A stretch of 63,836 nt of DNA, the filler included, from Octopus bimaculoides (taxonomy: Eukaryota): the NCBI RefSeq assembly GCF_001194135.2. It is 6 parts of 5 records of this genome, joined end to end, with 100 filler letters (N's around TTAATTAATTAA, not from the genome) between each part and the next. Parts side by side here need not be neighbours in the genome. Positions count along the whole stretch, not along the records: positions 1 to 23,168 come from NC_068984.1; positions 23,269 to 33,611 come from NC_068996.1; 4 more parts are not named here. The stretch is one strand, 5' to 3'. The notes beneath the pieces are model-generated. The model saw only the letters and a list, made by a program, of their open reading frames with translations, made no database searches and had not been told where the DNA came from. Each line of letters begins with the position of its first letter. The first letter of the stretch is position 1. Positions 12,298 to 25,023 of the stretch are shown one piece after another. The position numbers and the translations under genes were made by a program.

Positions 12298-12997
12298 TAT
12301 CTGTGTCTGTGAGAAATATATATATAAAAGGAAGGATGCAGAATATATTGAAAATGTGTGTAGATGTGAATTCCTTATACCTTATACCAGTTCTGAGACA
12401 AAAAGATTGTGTCCCAGGAAACTGGTATAATAAGATGAGAAGAAGCAGATAAATTAAGAACAAATGGTCGATAACGATATTTGACATATTAGTTCAGAGG
12501 AGGGGGAAGTCTTGAAGTCTATACAGAAAAGACTACAAGAAAATGCTATAAGTCTCTGTTGTGTTTGGTGAGTGAGGCTTGGCTCATCAGTGAAATTACT
12601 TCTGTATTTTATTTACTTGTTTATTTGAAGTTGCCATTTATATATCATACTAAATGTATGATACATGGTTAGAAGACATAATGCTATAGAGCTGTTGATA
12701 ATGAATATGATTTCATAGATTTGTGTTAAATACACGACACATGCCGGAGCGAGAGTTATTTATCTGAATTTTTAACTTTGAAAAATTTACTTTAAGCTCT
12801 ACCGTTCATAGAAACAAAATAGCTCACCAAAGTATTCTCTTCGGGCAAGAAACTGTTGATAATATGGAAAAAATAGGTACATTCCACTCTGGAATATCAC
12901 TAATGCGTTTGAGACACACGCTGAGTCAAATACACGAGGAGTTATTTTAGACCAGATCTAATTTTGAATAAAGAAAGCAAGTGATCAAATTGAAAAA

Positions 12998-14024
12998 TTA
13001 ATCATCAATGTACCTTCCCTGGTTATATATGACTTCCTTCCATCTATTTACAAACTTTTTAATCCCATCAATGTAAAACTCTTTTGGTTTCAAAGCGAAG
13101 AACTCTGAAATGTCAGTTTCGACCTCCTCCTGGCTTGCGAAAGTTATGTCCCCCAAATATTTCTGTAAACTACGAAACAAATGGTAGTCTGAAGGATCAA
13201 GGAGGGAGAATAAGGTAGATGAGGAATTTTTTCCCAACCAAGCTCTTCGATATTCTGTGATGTGATCTTTGCAGTGTTGGGTCGCGCATTATCCTGATGA
13301 AACATCACTCCTTTTCGATTCACTGAAGCGGGTCTTTTTTTCTTTAAAGCTTGGTTCAAACGCTCTAAATGCTGACAGTAGACTTGAGCATTGATTATTG
13401 CATTAGGTGGTAACAATTCAAAGTGAATTACTCCTTTGTAATCCCACCAGATTGAGAGAAGTACCTTTTTCCCATGAAGTTCCCTACTCGGTTGTGGTTG
13501 AGCTTTTCCCCTTTTACCAAACCACTGTTTACGACATTTAACATTTCGATAGAAGATCCATTTTTCGTCACCAGTCACAAGTCTATCCAAAAACGGTGAA
13601 ATGAGTTCGCGAGAATGGAGAGAAGAGCAGATGTCAACTCGGGATTTGCGGTTGCTTTCGGACAATTCATAAGGCACCCATTTTCCAACTTTAGGAACCT
13701 TTCCAAGTTGTTCAAGATGACGATGAACAGTTGTATAGTTTAAACTAAGCTTTATTGCCAATTCTTCAACTGATAATGCAGGATTTTCTTCAAGTAATGC
13801 CTCAAGGAGTTTATCATCAAACTCAACTGGATGTCCTGTTCGACTTCATCTTCAAGGCTGAAATCTCCACTTCTGAATTTTGCAAACCATCTTCTGCAAG
13901 TCCTTTCATTCAAGCATTCTTTCCCATAAACTGAGTGTATATTTCGAGTCGTTTCGGCTGCAGAGTTTCCTTTTTTATACTCATAAGGCATTATGTGCCT
14001 TAAATGATCTTTGTTTACTTCCAT
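12998..14024 (-). pseudogene. Full-length DD34D mariner transposase, two frameshifts
   Basis: MEVNKDHLRHIM...RRWFAKFRSGDFSLEDE, WVPYEL, TGDEKW, HQDNARP and PYSP..DYHLF. About 342 codons over three frames. Matching TIRs not found. Confidence 0.92.
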
Positions 14025-14207
14025 GTTAGAAAGGGTTTTAATCAAAGAAATTTTAATTCTATTATTCTGTAAAATATATTTAATTAGTTTAAATGTACAC
14101 ACATGCATAAAAATAATTTTTAATTCCATTAGACATTCTAAAATACAATTAGATTTCATTCAATTTTAAAAAAAGGTAAAATCGGACAGAACTAATAGAT
14201 AAATAAT

Positions 14208-15059
14208 TACAGGGTGCCGTGAATAAACTGTCGTTTAAATTACGCAAAAATGAAAATAACACTGACATCTCATTTTAACAGATATATTTACCATAATTAC
14301 ATAAAAATATCTTGAAATACTAAACAGTAAATTTATTCAGTAAAATCGCCATTGACTTCAACCTCGGCCTCCAGAGGGCTTCGGAACCTTCTGCAACTCT
14401 TCTGGACGGACTCCTTGTTTACGTTGGTGAATGCTGCCATAATCCTTGCCTTCAGTTCATCTTTGTTGTTGCAAGGAGTTTTGTCGGTCTTTCGCTCAAC
14501 TGCACCCCACACATAATAATCAAGGGGGTTGCAGTCTGGGGAGTTAGGTGGCCAGATGTTAGGGGTGATGTAGTTGTAAAAATTGTCTGACAGCCACGTC
14601 TGGGTTCTCCTCCTTGTGTAGCATAGTGCAGAACCCTGTTGCTGAAGGTCCAGAACAGCACTACCTCTTCCAGGCACTTGATGTACGCCTCCGTGTTGAG
14701 TATGAGGCCGTGTGGGAAGATGTATGGAGGCATAACGTCGCTATCACTAGTGATCACTCCAAACACCATGATGGTGGTGACTGCATGTTTGATTTTTATC
14801 ACACTCGGTACATGTCCTCAGATTGAAACCCAAACACTCTGAAATGTTCGTATTGGAGCTTCTAGTGCGAATGCCAAGCAGTACAGCCTGTCGTTTCCAA
14901 AAATCTGGCAGAGTGAATTGTGCCATGTTGCTGTTTTTGTTACAGACGGTGCCCAACTGACCCTACCATACTGTGTAGTCGACAAATTCAGAAGCACACA
15001 ATGCGCATGCGCGAAGCTAGAAATATAAAATGGCGACAATTCACCCGTTGTAACCTGTA
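14208..15059 (-). mobile_element. Internally deleted DD37D (maT-like) Tc1/mariner element, copy 1
   Basis: TACAGG termini with TA. QQ[G]SA...WPPNSPDCNPLDYYVW gives 37 residues between the 2nd and 3rd catalytic positions; the 2nd D is mutated to G. Confidence 0.85.
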
Positions 15060-16019
15060 TATAAATTTGGTGTCCACAATTAGAACAGCGTTCAATTTAA
15101 TTCCCCCTCGGTGTATCATGATGCATAACGAACATGTTTGATGTAGTGACTTACGAGATCAACGTAAGCGTTTCGCGTTTGCAGGCATTGACAAGCCTCA
15201 AGGAAGGTGAAATCCGTCTGTCGTTCTCTTGAGTCACTGGAGCGAAGATGTTCGTAACGCTTCGATATATATTGTGTTTTTAACGCAACAAGTTTATAAA
15301 GAGCTTTTTTCTCAAGACAATTCCACGGAATATTGCCGTTTAAAGATGTATATATCTTTAGTCCGATACACAGGTAGATATAATAATTCAATGCTGCTTC
15401 ATTTGCGTGTACTGAGTTTTCCTACAGCCCTGCAAGCCTCTTTAATATCAGTGAATGTTTAATTCACTGTTTCCTTTGGGTATCAAAACACATATTTAGT
15501 GTAAGCAGGTGATAATAAAATGCACTGCATTGAGAAACCTCAGAAAGGCGAAATGCATCTGTCACTTTGGGATGCACTGCACCGACGATGTTGATCTCGT
15601 TCCGATGTATGCTGAGTTTTTAACACATATCTATGAAAATATTTTATTTCAGACACTTCAACAGCATCATACCTTCAAATTGTGTGTAAATGTTTACTAT
15701 GATAAGATTGCGATTTATATTTAATGTTGTTCCAATTGCGTACACCAGATTTATAATTTATTTATTTAGATCTGGCTTAAAATATTTGTCCGTTTATACG
15801 ACTCAATGACTCTAACGCATCAGCAATATTCCAGAGTAAACTGTGCTTATGTGTTGCAGAGTATTAGCACTTTCTTACCTGAAGAGAATAATCTGGTGAA
15901 CGGTTTTTCCTCTAAGAAGGAGGAGAGCTCATGGCCTTTTGTAAAAATGTTCAAAGTTATAAACAAGATAAATGACTTCGATTTGATTTCTGATTATTAT
16001 TCATGATTTATGAGTAACA

Positions 16020-17300
16020 AATGGCAATAAATCGTGAGTAACTTGGGAGTTCAAACCCTGATAGCGATTAAAATTTGAACTCAGGCTTCTTCCGTATGCT
16101 GTCAGGTCCGTCCTCCAATTCGCTATACTTTTTCGAAGCAATCGCTCGACATTCGATGCAATGTCAAATAGGTTCAGACACTCTATAATCTAAGAATGTG
16201 ATATCATATCGTACGCCTTACGATAGTCAATACATGACATGGCTAAGTTATTTGTCCTCCTCTTGCAGTCTCTAAGTATAGTTTTGTCTGTCAGGAGTTG
16301 ATCTTTAGTACCTTTGCACTTACGCTTGCAACCCTTCTGCTCATGTGGCAGGACTCCATTTTTTTTTCAGATGTTCGTACATTGAATCTGCGAGTATTCC
16401 AGCCAGTAACTTCCACATACGTGGCAAAGAGGATATCGGCTTGTAATTGTCTACCGTATTGCCTTTTTCGATGTTCACTGTCCTACCCAGTGTCAACCAC
16501 TCTGGTGTTACTTGGTCGGCATTTAACAAGGTGTTGAGTTGTGCAGCTATTCGTGCATGATATTCACCAAATCTTTTAATCCAGTAATCTTGAACTCCAT
16601 CTGGTCCCGGGGCCTTCTAATTGCTAATCTTTTTGTTAATTTCCTTCACTTCCCTGACTGAAATAACTAGTTCTGCCTGTTTTGGACAGACTACTGTTTG
16701 TTTCAGTTCTTGCAACCATTCAGCATCCTTCTTGTGCTCCTTGTCTTTGCTCCAGATGTCACTCCAAAACCGTTGACTTTCATTGTTATCTGGTATCAAC
16801 TTTTCATCTGTACACTCTCCATGTATTTCTTTATAGAATCTCTTCTGATCTACACTGAATAACCTATTCTGGTAGAAACCCTTCATTTTTTGGCCGTATC
16901 TTATCATCTTTGCTTTCTTTGCAACGAGACGCTGTTTCAGTTCCTCCATTACCAGTTTCAGGCCCTTTCTTTCAATATCATACTTCCTGTTCAGCGCCCT
17001 GTATTTTTGTTCACTTTTAAGCTCCCCTTTCTCTTTTCGCTCTAACACGGAGATTTCCTTCGCAAGCATGTCTAACCCTGCCTGGATTCTTCTTTTCCAC
17101 CATGGATCTTTTCTTTTGTCACTCCCATTATAATTCTTTTTCTTGACATCACGTTTTCTGCTACAACAATACTTGCTGCTTTGATCAAATTATTTGTTTC
17201 TGTGATGTTGTTTGTTCTGATGTATTTCAAAATTTCATTTTCATTTTTCGTTTCTTGGTTCAATTTCCATCGACCAACCTTTTTAAGTTTGCAAATAATG
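16020..17300 (-). mobile_element. R4/Dong-like non-LTR retrotransposon, N-terminal and RT region
   Basis: QNRLFSVDQKRFY, FWSDIWS, KAPGPDG, YKPISSLPRMWKLL, EQKGC..GTKDQLL and IDYRKAYD, with frameshifts. Confidence 0.85.
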
Positions 17301-18059
17301 TCACCCTAGGTGCCTTACTGTAGGACTGAACCCGGAACCATGATGTTGAAAAACAATCTGCTTACCATACACCCACGCCTGCACCTAAATTAAATTATAT
17401 AAATTTTCTTTTAATTTATTCTGCTCATTACAGTGTACTTTCTATTATTCAAATACGACCATAAAATGTCGTCTATTCATTGTGGAACGCATTTTCTCTC
17501 TATAAATAAGAAAACAACTCGCCAATGTTCGATAAATATTGGTTTTGCACTTAAATGCTTTGTCTTTTACCGATTCCATTATCAGATAATAAAGAATTAC
17601 GTGTTTTGTCCTTTTCCTTCTACAGAAGTCTAATCACGACGGAAGCAAACGAACGTATCCCTATATGACAGACTAAGAAGAGAGTTGCTATCAGAGCAAG
17701 CAACATACTAGAAATAATAGCCAGATTATCTCTAAGGCATTCATTGTCGTTCAAGAACGCATTAAATCAGTTGTTCTCAAACTTTTTAATATTTAGGCGA
17801 GACCCAAAACCTGGATTTCTTTTAGGAAGCCGCAACAAAATAGTTTAACATAAGTGAATTAAAGAAAAGACTTATTTTTTATGGGGGGAATACCACCGAG
17901 GGCCACTGGATGGATGCTTGAGGACCGCATGAAGACCTGGGAGCAGTGGTTGTGAATCGCTCCACAAGGCAGGGTGGTCGCGACTAGAATGTAAGTTGAA
18001 TCAGGTTTGATCAACGGATAAATAGCAATACGATAGAGTGTGGGAACTTCTATATGGTC

Positions 18060-18262
18060 GCATGACTTTCTAGAAATAGCAGTTAATTTAACCCCCCGAA
18101 TTACAAACAATATTCATGAATTATGACAAGAAGAAAATCAGATAATGTAGAATGTCGTACATGAAAGTTGATTTAAAAACAAAGACGAGTTGGTCACGAC
18201 TGGGACGCTTTTGAAATAGGTCTGCTCGGTCAGGTCTAGACCCGGGTGAAACAACAAGTATA
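18060..18262 (+). mobile_element. Family D dispersed repeat 3' end with (AAC)n tail
   Basis: GGTCACGACTGGGACGC...AGGTCTGCTCGGTCAGG...GAAACAACAA is the reverse complement of the units at 59790-60390. Confidence 0.6.
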
Positions 18263-18294
18263 ACAATAACAAAAGACTACAATATCTATATATC

Positions 18295-18590
18295 TACGGG
18301 CATATGGCATAGTGGTTAAGAGCGCGGGATACTACCCCAAGATTCCGAGTTCGATTCCAAGCAGTGACCTGAACAATAATAATTATAATAATAATAATAA
18401 TAATAATAACATCGAAAAATACCTTAGGAATGAGAACCCAGATTCGAAATTTCCCCAAGACACCTGATGAAGGTTGGAGGGTATACCAGCCGAAACGTTG
18501 TGTTAACAACAAACAAGATGAGGACAAATATCCGTCAAATGTAAATAATGTAAATAATGTACATAATTCCTCATCTCTTAAATATAGAAC
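18295..18590 (+). mobile_element. tRNA-headed element with (AAT)n spacer and Penelope-like 3' part
   Basis: A box TGGCATAGTGG, B box GAGTTCGATTCC and (AAT)n, then CCTGATGAAGG...CCGAAACGTTGTG. Confidence 0.7.
18459..18504 (+). ncRNA. Minimal type I hammerhead ribozyme motif (Penelope-type)
   Basis: GACAC-CTGATGA-A-GGTTGG/loop/CCAGCC-GAAA-CG-TT-GTGTT. Stem I pairs GACAC/GTGTT, stem II is 6 bp, stem III is the palindromic ACGT, and the cleavage triplet is GUU. Confidence 0.65.
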
Positions 18591-18724
18591 TGTGTTACAA
18601 TATATAATAATTATGCAGATTGATGAAAGCCGCTTATTGTGATAATTTAGTGATGATACCCTTTCGATAACAATAAACAGCTGATAACATTAAGCAGATT
18701 ATATAAACGTATTGAATTCTTTTT

Positions 18725-18976
18725 TTTACTTCTTTCAGTCATTGGACTCCAGCCATACTGGGGCAACGTCTTGAAGCGTTTTGTCAATCAAATTCAGCCC
18801 AGTACTNNNNNNNNNNNNNNNNNNNNNNNNNNNNNNNNNNNNNNNNNNNNNNNNNNNNNNNNNNNNNNNNNNNNNNNNNNNNNNNNNNNNNNNNNNNNNN
18901 NNNNNNNNNNNNNNNNNNNNNNNNNNNNNNNNNNNNNNNNNNNNNNNNNNNNNNNNNNNNNNNNNNNNNNNNNNNN

Positions 18977-19008
<32 letters not shown>

Positions 19009-19065
19009 ACGGGCTTCTTTCAGTTTCCGTCTGCCAAATCCACACACAAGTCTTACCACACAACC
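18725..19065 (-). mobile_element. SINE family B spanning a gap
   Basis: 3' module at 18725-18806 and head part at 19007-19065. Confidence 0.7.
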
Positions 19066-19561
19066 ACACCTGCACCTATGATCAGTTAAAATATGTGACA
19101 GAGTTCATGTTATAGTTCTAAATGTAAAAGAGAGTGAACACAGAGAGGCGAATGAAATCACACGTTAAAGACGCTATGTCGCAATGAATGAAAGTTATTT
19201 TTCTATAGTTGACATCTTTCATATTAAAAGAAACTTGAAAGTACATTTTGATATAACAAAAAATATATCAAAATTAGGATTTTTAAGAAGTTTCTAAACA
19301 TTGTAGACATTAATAAATACTTTCTTCTAATAAAGTTACATGCATATAACAAAATGATAAGCAGTTTTATTTATTATAGTATAGATTTCCTACATTAACA
19401 ATATCAACATGAGGAACAAAGCTTAGAATTCTGAGATCAAAATTCGGTCACAACGTTTCGCTAATCTCCAACAGCGAAATGCTTTTGAGTTCAAAATATT
19501 GGCTAGTGTTCAATACGTTGGCTGATGTTCTGGTTTTTAATAGGAGTTTGGATTTCATTAC

Positions 19562-19600
19562 CTTTCGCTGACAGTTTCCGCCCGGGAGCACGAAGTCATC
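19562..19600 (-). CDS. Candidate 39-nt micro-exon
   Basis: TTTCATCAG| acceptor and AAG|GTAATG donor, GC-rich within AT-rich DNA. Phase 0 reads DDFVLPGGNCQRK. Confidence 0.35.
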
Positions 19601-20299
19601 CTGATGAAACGATAACCATAATTAAGGCAAAATCAAATTTCTAATTAAAATGCCGTAACTATCGTGAAATCACTAATAAACATACATTGAGTCACGGATA
19701 GTATGTGTATATATGTGTGCGAAAGAGAAAAATTCTGTGTGAGTGTGTGTTTACGTTGTGTGAATGTATGTGCGAATGTATACTAGTGTAGTTGTTCGTA
19801 TGTGTGCATGTGAGTGCGTGCGAGTGTGTGCATGTTTCTTTTTCTTGGTACATGTATATGTTTGAGTGTATGCTGTGAGTGTGCGTATGTTTTTTGATTA
19901 TATATCAATGTATGAGTTCATGAGTGCATATGCATGCATGCGAATGTGTGTTTCTGTTGTATATATGTGCGGTTAGATAGCTGTGTGTGCGCACGCAAGT
20001 ACGTATGTAGTGTAAGTGTTGCCGTGTGCATATGTGTAAACGTGTACGTATAAGCTTGTGTATGTGTGCATATGTGTATGTGTGCATATGTGTATGTGTG
20101 CATATGTGCATGTGTGGTTGTATATCTATGTGTGTGCTCTTGAGTGCGCTCGCGCGTGTGTAAGAAAGTGGCAGACAGAGAAAGATTGGGGGAGAGAGAG
20201 ACAGGTGAGTGTGGAGAAAGCGTGCAACATACCACGTTGGTCAATAAGAAAAGTCTAAAGAAAAGTTCTATACACGTTTATTTCGATGCCAGGATGATT

Positions 20300-20612
20300 G
20301 GTACTCCGTCGGTTGCGACGTCGAGGGTTCCACTTCACCCGATCAACGGAACAGTCTGCTCGTGAAGTTAACGAGCAAGTGGCCGAGCACTCCACACACA
20401 TGCTTACTCATAAGGTAATTCTCACGGAGATTCAGCGTGACAGAGAATGTGACAAGGCTGGCCCTTATGAATTACAGGTACTACTAATTTTCGCCAGCTG
20501 AGTGGATTGGAGCAACGTTAAATAAAGTGCCTTGCTCAAGGACGCGACGTGCCACCAGGATTCGAACTAACGGCTTTAGGATACTGAGGTAAATGCGCTA
20601 ACCACCAAAACA
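20300..20612 (-). mobile_element. SINE family A (head + core + tail type 1)
   Basis: Core CAGCTGAGTGGATTGGAGCAAC and B-box-like GGATTCGAAC; tail shared with 1110 and 4330. Confidence 0.8.
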
Positions 20613-20689
20613 CGTCAGGATCACAGTGATGTTAGATCAACTGTCGCATGTATTTTATTCATTCATTTATTTATCTATTCTTTTACTCT

Positions 20690-21116
20690 TTTATTTCTTT
20701 CAGTCATTTGACTGCGGCCATGCTGGAGCACCGCCTGTTAGTCGAACGAATCGACTCCAGGACTTATTCTTTGTAAGACTACTACTTATTCTACCGGCTC
20801 CTTTTGCCGAACCTCCAATTTACCGGGATGTAAACGCACCAACATCGGTTGTCAAGCGATGGTGTGGAACAAACACAGACATACAGACATACACACGCAC
20901 ACACACACACACACACACATACACACACACACACACACACACAAACATGTATATATGTATGCATATGTATGTATATATATGTATATATATATATATGTGT
21001 GTGTATATATATATATATGCGCGTATATATATATATATATGTGTGTATGTATGTATATGATATATATATGCATATACGAAAGGCTTGTTTCAGTTTTCGT
21101 ATTTGGTCGGCCCGAG
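20690..21116 (-). mobile_element. SINE family B with internal microsatellite
   Basis: CAGTCATTTGACTGCGGCCATGCTGGAGCACCGCC module. Confidence 0.8.
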
Positions 21117-21390
21117 AATATGCGTTCCAGTTTGGTGATGGTAGGGTCGGGTCAAGGCATGGTGGTCAGACGGTAATCGCTGACGGATGCGATGTACGCG
21201 TTCGCCACCTCCACCCGACCTTGTAGGGATAGCTTCCTCTCGGCCTATTGCTGGGTGAGAGTCTCCACGCTTCACGTTATCTCGTCCCAGTTCTTCTCCA
21301 TTTGGGGGTCCGGACCAAACCAGACCCCGAGCAATTTAACCGGTCTGTGGGTCCTGTGTCCCACGATGGAGACACTGTTGGACGGCATGG
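21117..21390 (-). mobile_element. Tx1/L1-clade LINE ORF2 fragment (post-RT region)
   Basis: VKLLGVWFGPDPQMEKNWDEIT*SVETLTQQ*AERKLSLQGRVEVANAYIASV, matching the lGv.fg...NW...W..R.LSl.GR motif. Confidence 0.75.
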
Positions 21391-21550
21391 GCTTGCTTTT
21401 CCAGTTTCCATCACCAAATTCACTCACAAGGCTTTGGTCAGCCCGAAGATATAGCAGAAGACACTTTCCCAAGGTGATACGCTGTGGAACTGAACCAGGG
21501 ACCGTGTGGTTTGGAAACAGTGATTCTTACCACACAACAACGCTTGCGCT
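21391..21550 (-). mobile_element. SINE family B head
   Basis: CACTCACAAGGCTTTGGTCAGCCCG...ACACTTTCCCAAGG. Confidence 0.75.
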
Positions 21551-23122
21551 TGTATAGCTAAATTTTATATCTCCCTCAAATGAAACTGTACACTCCTAAA
21601 GGAAAAAACAAGGGAAAAAAAGCATTGGACAGTCTTTAATGTGCAAAATTATCGAGGTGGTCATGTTTGTAATGGCCTTGATGGTAGGCCTGATTAATTA
21701 GAACTGACTCGAGCTTCTTCATCATCATCATCAACATTAACAACGACGGCGACGATCACCATTTTATTTCCTGCCACCTTCCTTTATAAGAAACAACTTC
21801 CATGCAATCTAGTAATATCATCATTATCATCATCGCCACGATCATCATCATCTTCATCATCACCATCATCCTCATCAACATCACCATTATCATCATCGTC
21901 ACCGTCTGCGTTGACGTCATCATCATCATCATCATCATCATCGTATTTATCAACATCACCATCGTCATAGTAATGAGAGCCAACCGCGACCATCCTTTTA
22001 CTTCGCTGTATTTAGGGTTTGTGCGTGTGTGTATATATGTTTGCACACACATACATACACACATACACACACATACACACATATATATATATAAGATCGN
22101 NNNNNNNNNNNNNNNNNNNNNNNNNNNNNNNNNNNNNNNNNNNNNNNNNNNNNNNNNNNNNNNNNNNNNNNNNNNNNNNNNNNNNNNNNNNNNNNNNNNN
22201 NNNNNNNNNNNNNNNNNNNNNNNNNNNNNNNNNNNNNNNNNNNNNNNNNNNNNNNNNNNNNNNNNNNNNNNNNNNNNNNNNNNNNNNNNNNNNNNNNNNN
22301 NNNNNNNNNNNNNNNNNNNNNNNNNNNNNNNNNNNNNNNNTATATATATATACTTCCTTAATACAAATATATATATGTGTGTATGTATATATATGTATGT
22401 ATGCATTGTATGTATGTATGTATGTATGCATGTATGTTTGTATGTGTGTGTGTGTGTATGTATGTGTGCATGTATGTATGTATGTATGTATGTGTGTGTG
22501 CTTGTATATAAATGTGTGTGTGTGCGTGTTTGCATAAAAGAGTGGGCTCTGGAAATTGTTCAGTAAAGGGTGCAGATATAATGAGCAATCGGGTTCAAAG
22601 ATGCAACTAACTTAAATTCGTTGAAAGCCACCCGCTCCCCACTCTCACCGCCACCGCATTCACATCCACAACTAATTAGCAGCCGATATCACCATAACCT
22701 CCACACTCTCCGTTCTCATAGGCTCCACCACGACACTATCACTTGTACTTGAGCCGCCACTGCTACCCCCGACAGTAAAAGCCACGTGACTGCTATTACC
22801 TCTAATTAGAATATAATGTGGTAATTCGGGTGGGGAAAGGGTACTCGTGTTTTTTGCGAGTTATGCAGAATGAAACAATAATCAAAAAGCGGGTGGCAGA
22901 GCAGTGGATGAAGACGAAGGAAAGAATAAATGAAGGACTGAAAGAAATAAACGAAATTAAAAGGAAAAAAATAGATGGGATTAATATAAAAAGAAATCTA
23001 TTAAAAAAAGAGTGAAAGAAAAATATATTACAGAAAGAAAACAAAGAATAATTAGGGAAAAAGAAATAGATAGATGAATAAACAAACAAATAAACAACTA
23101 TAGTATGGAATAAAGAAATCTG

Positions 23123-23168
<46 letters not shown>

Positions 23169-23486
23169 NNNNNNNNNNNNNNNNNNNNNNNNNNNNNNNN
23201 NNNNNNNNNNNNTTAATTAATTAANNNNNNNNNNNNNNNNNNNNNNNNNNNNNNNNNNNNNNNNNNNNATATATATATATATATATATATATATACCCAG
23301 CTCTTCGAAACGCCGGTGTTAAAACGGGGGTAGCTGATGAAGGAAAATGTTCTCTATGTGGCTTGTGTGTTTTCTTGTCTACGTTTTGTTTGCAATGTCC
23401 TGTACCCAGATATGCACCTATACATACAGGTGGATGTCGGTATGCACATACCTGTACGTATATATGCATATACTCATTCACTATTT

Positions 23487-23522
<36 letters not shown>

Positions 23523-23759
23523 TAAGATATGATATATTAATATATTAGATTAGATACATTATTAGATACATTATAATATAACCACGCAAAGTACTAACTT
23601 TATGATTCATGCGGTTAGTGCTTAGTGTGGCTATTTGAGTCGTTTTGTGACTCATTTCTAGCAATTGCATGTAGATATATAGTAATCTTTCGGTATTAGT
23701 AGACGAAGTCATTCACCATCTTTTTCAGCCCTGCCCCTTAACAAAACTTTTCATCGTTA

Positions 23760-23885
23760 GCGGCTCGCCTTACTGAGATGTCAGGTGATACCCATGAGGG
23801 TACTTGGCTTTCCCAACGCCTTAGCCTCGCCATCGCCCGTGGTAATGCCGCGAGCGCGTTAGCTTGCTTCGGTAGGTTCCGTTGA
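23760..23885 (+). mobile_element. CRE-clade non-LTR retrotransposon C-terminus
   Basis: ARLTEMSGDTHEGTWLSQRLSLAIARGNAASALAC; the QRlS.Ai.RGNA motif is typical of CRE ORF ends. A T-rich tail follows. Confidence 0.65.
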
Positions 23886-24298
23886 ACCATGTACTCGATC
23901 AATTGATGCACCTGGTGCTACATTGATGTGCTTTTTCTTTCTCCTTTTGTTTTTGTTTTTTGTTTTTTGTTTTCTTTTGTAAATTATATTCCCTTTCACT
24001 GAATTATTGCAAATTGAAACAATTATTTTGAACCATCTGACACTCTAGTAAGCCTGTCAGATGTTGCAGATAGAAAGAAACAGTAAAGTGTCCTTCTGTC
24101 CTTTCTTTTATACTATAAAAAGTAAAGAAACCATATTTGCCACTTATTTATTTATCCCCCTCCCCCAAATTACATTCTTTTCATACTTTTGCCACTTGCA
24201 CCTTTATCTGTTAAATAAAACCATGATTTATATCATGAGGAAACATTGTGTGAGTTAATTACGTCGTGTACTAATATCGAAATATTGCCGTGTGTGTG

Positions 24299-24350
<52 letters not shown>

Positions 24351-24990
24351 NNNNNNNNNNNNNNNNNNNNNNNNNNNNNNNNNNNNNNNNNNNNNNNNNN
24401 NNNNNNNNNNNNNNNNNNNNNNNNNNNNNNNNNNNNNNNNNNNNNNNNNNNNNNNNNNNNNNNNNNNNNNNNNNNNNNNNNNNNNNNNNNNNNNNNNNNN
24501 NNNNNNNNNNNNNNNNNNNNNNNNNNNNNNNNNNNNNNNNNNNNNNNNNNNNNNNNNNNNNNNNNNNNNNNNNNNNNNNNNNNNNNNNNNNNNNNNNNNN
24601 NNNNNNNNNNNNNNNNNNNNNNNNNNNNNNNNNNNNNNNNNNNNNNNNNNNNNNNNNNNNNNNNNNNNNNNNNNNNNNNNNNNNNNNNNNNNNNNNNNNN
24701 NNNNNNNNNNNNNNNNNNNNNNNNNNNNNNNNNNNNNNNNNNNNNNNNNNNNNNNNNNNNNNNNNNNNNNNNNNNNNNNNNNNNNNNNNNNNNNNNNNNN
24801 NNNNNNNNNNNNNNNNNNNNNNNNNNNNNNNNNNNNNNNNNNNNNNNNNNNNNNNNNNNNNNNNNNNNNNNNNNNNNNNNNNNNNNNNNNNNNNNNNNNN
24901 NNNNNNNNNNNNNNNNNNNNNNNNNNNNNNNNNNNNNNNNNNNNNNNNNNNNNNNNNNNNNNNNNNNNNNNNNNNNNNNNNNNNNNNNNN

Positions 24991-25023
<33 letters not shown>

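Noticed and set aside
12930-14205. Terminal inverted repeats for the full-length mariner
   Set aside because: No matching pair could be found by eye.
15150-15990. Strong minus-strand donors near 15153 and 15879
   Set aside because: No convincing paired acceptor or recognisable peptide; isolated donor motifs are expected by chance.
19601-19612. CTGATGAAACG as a hammerhead
   Set aside because: There is no stem II between the core strands; it is better explained as the minus-strand acceptor TTTCATCAG.
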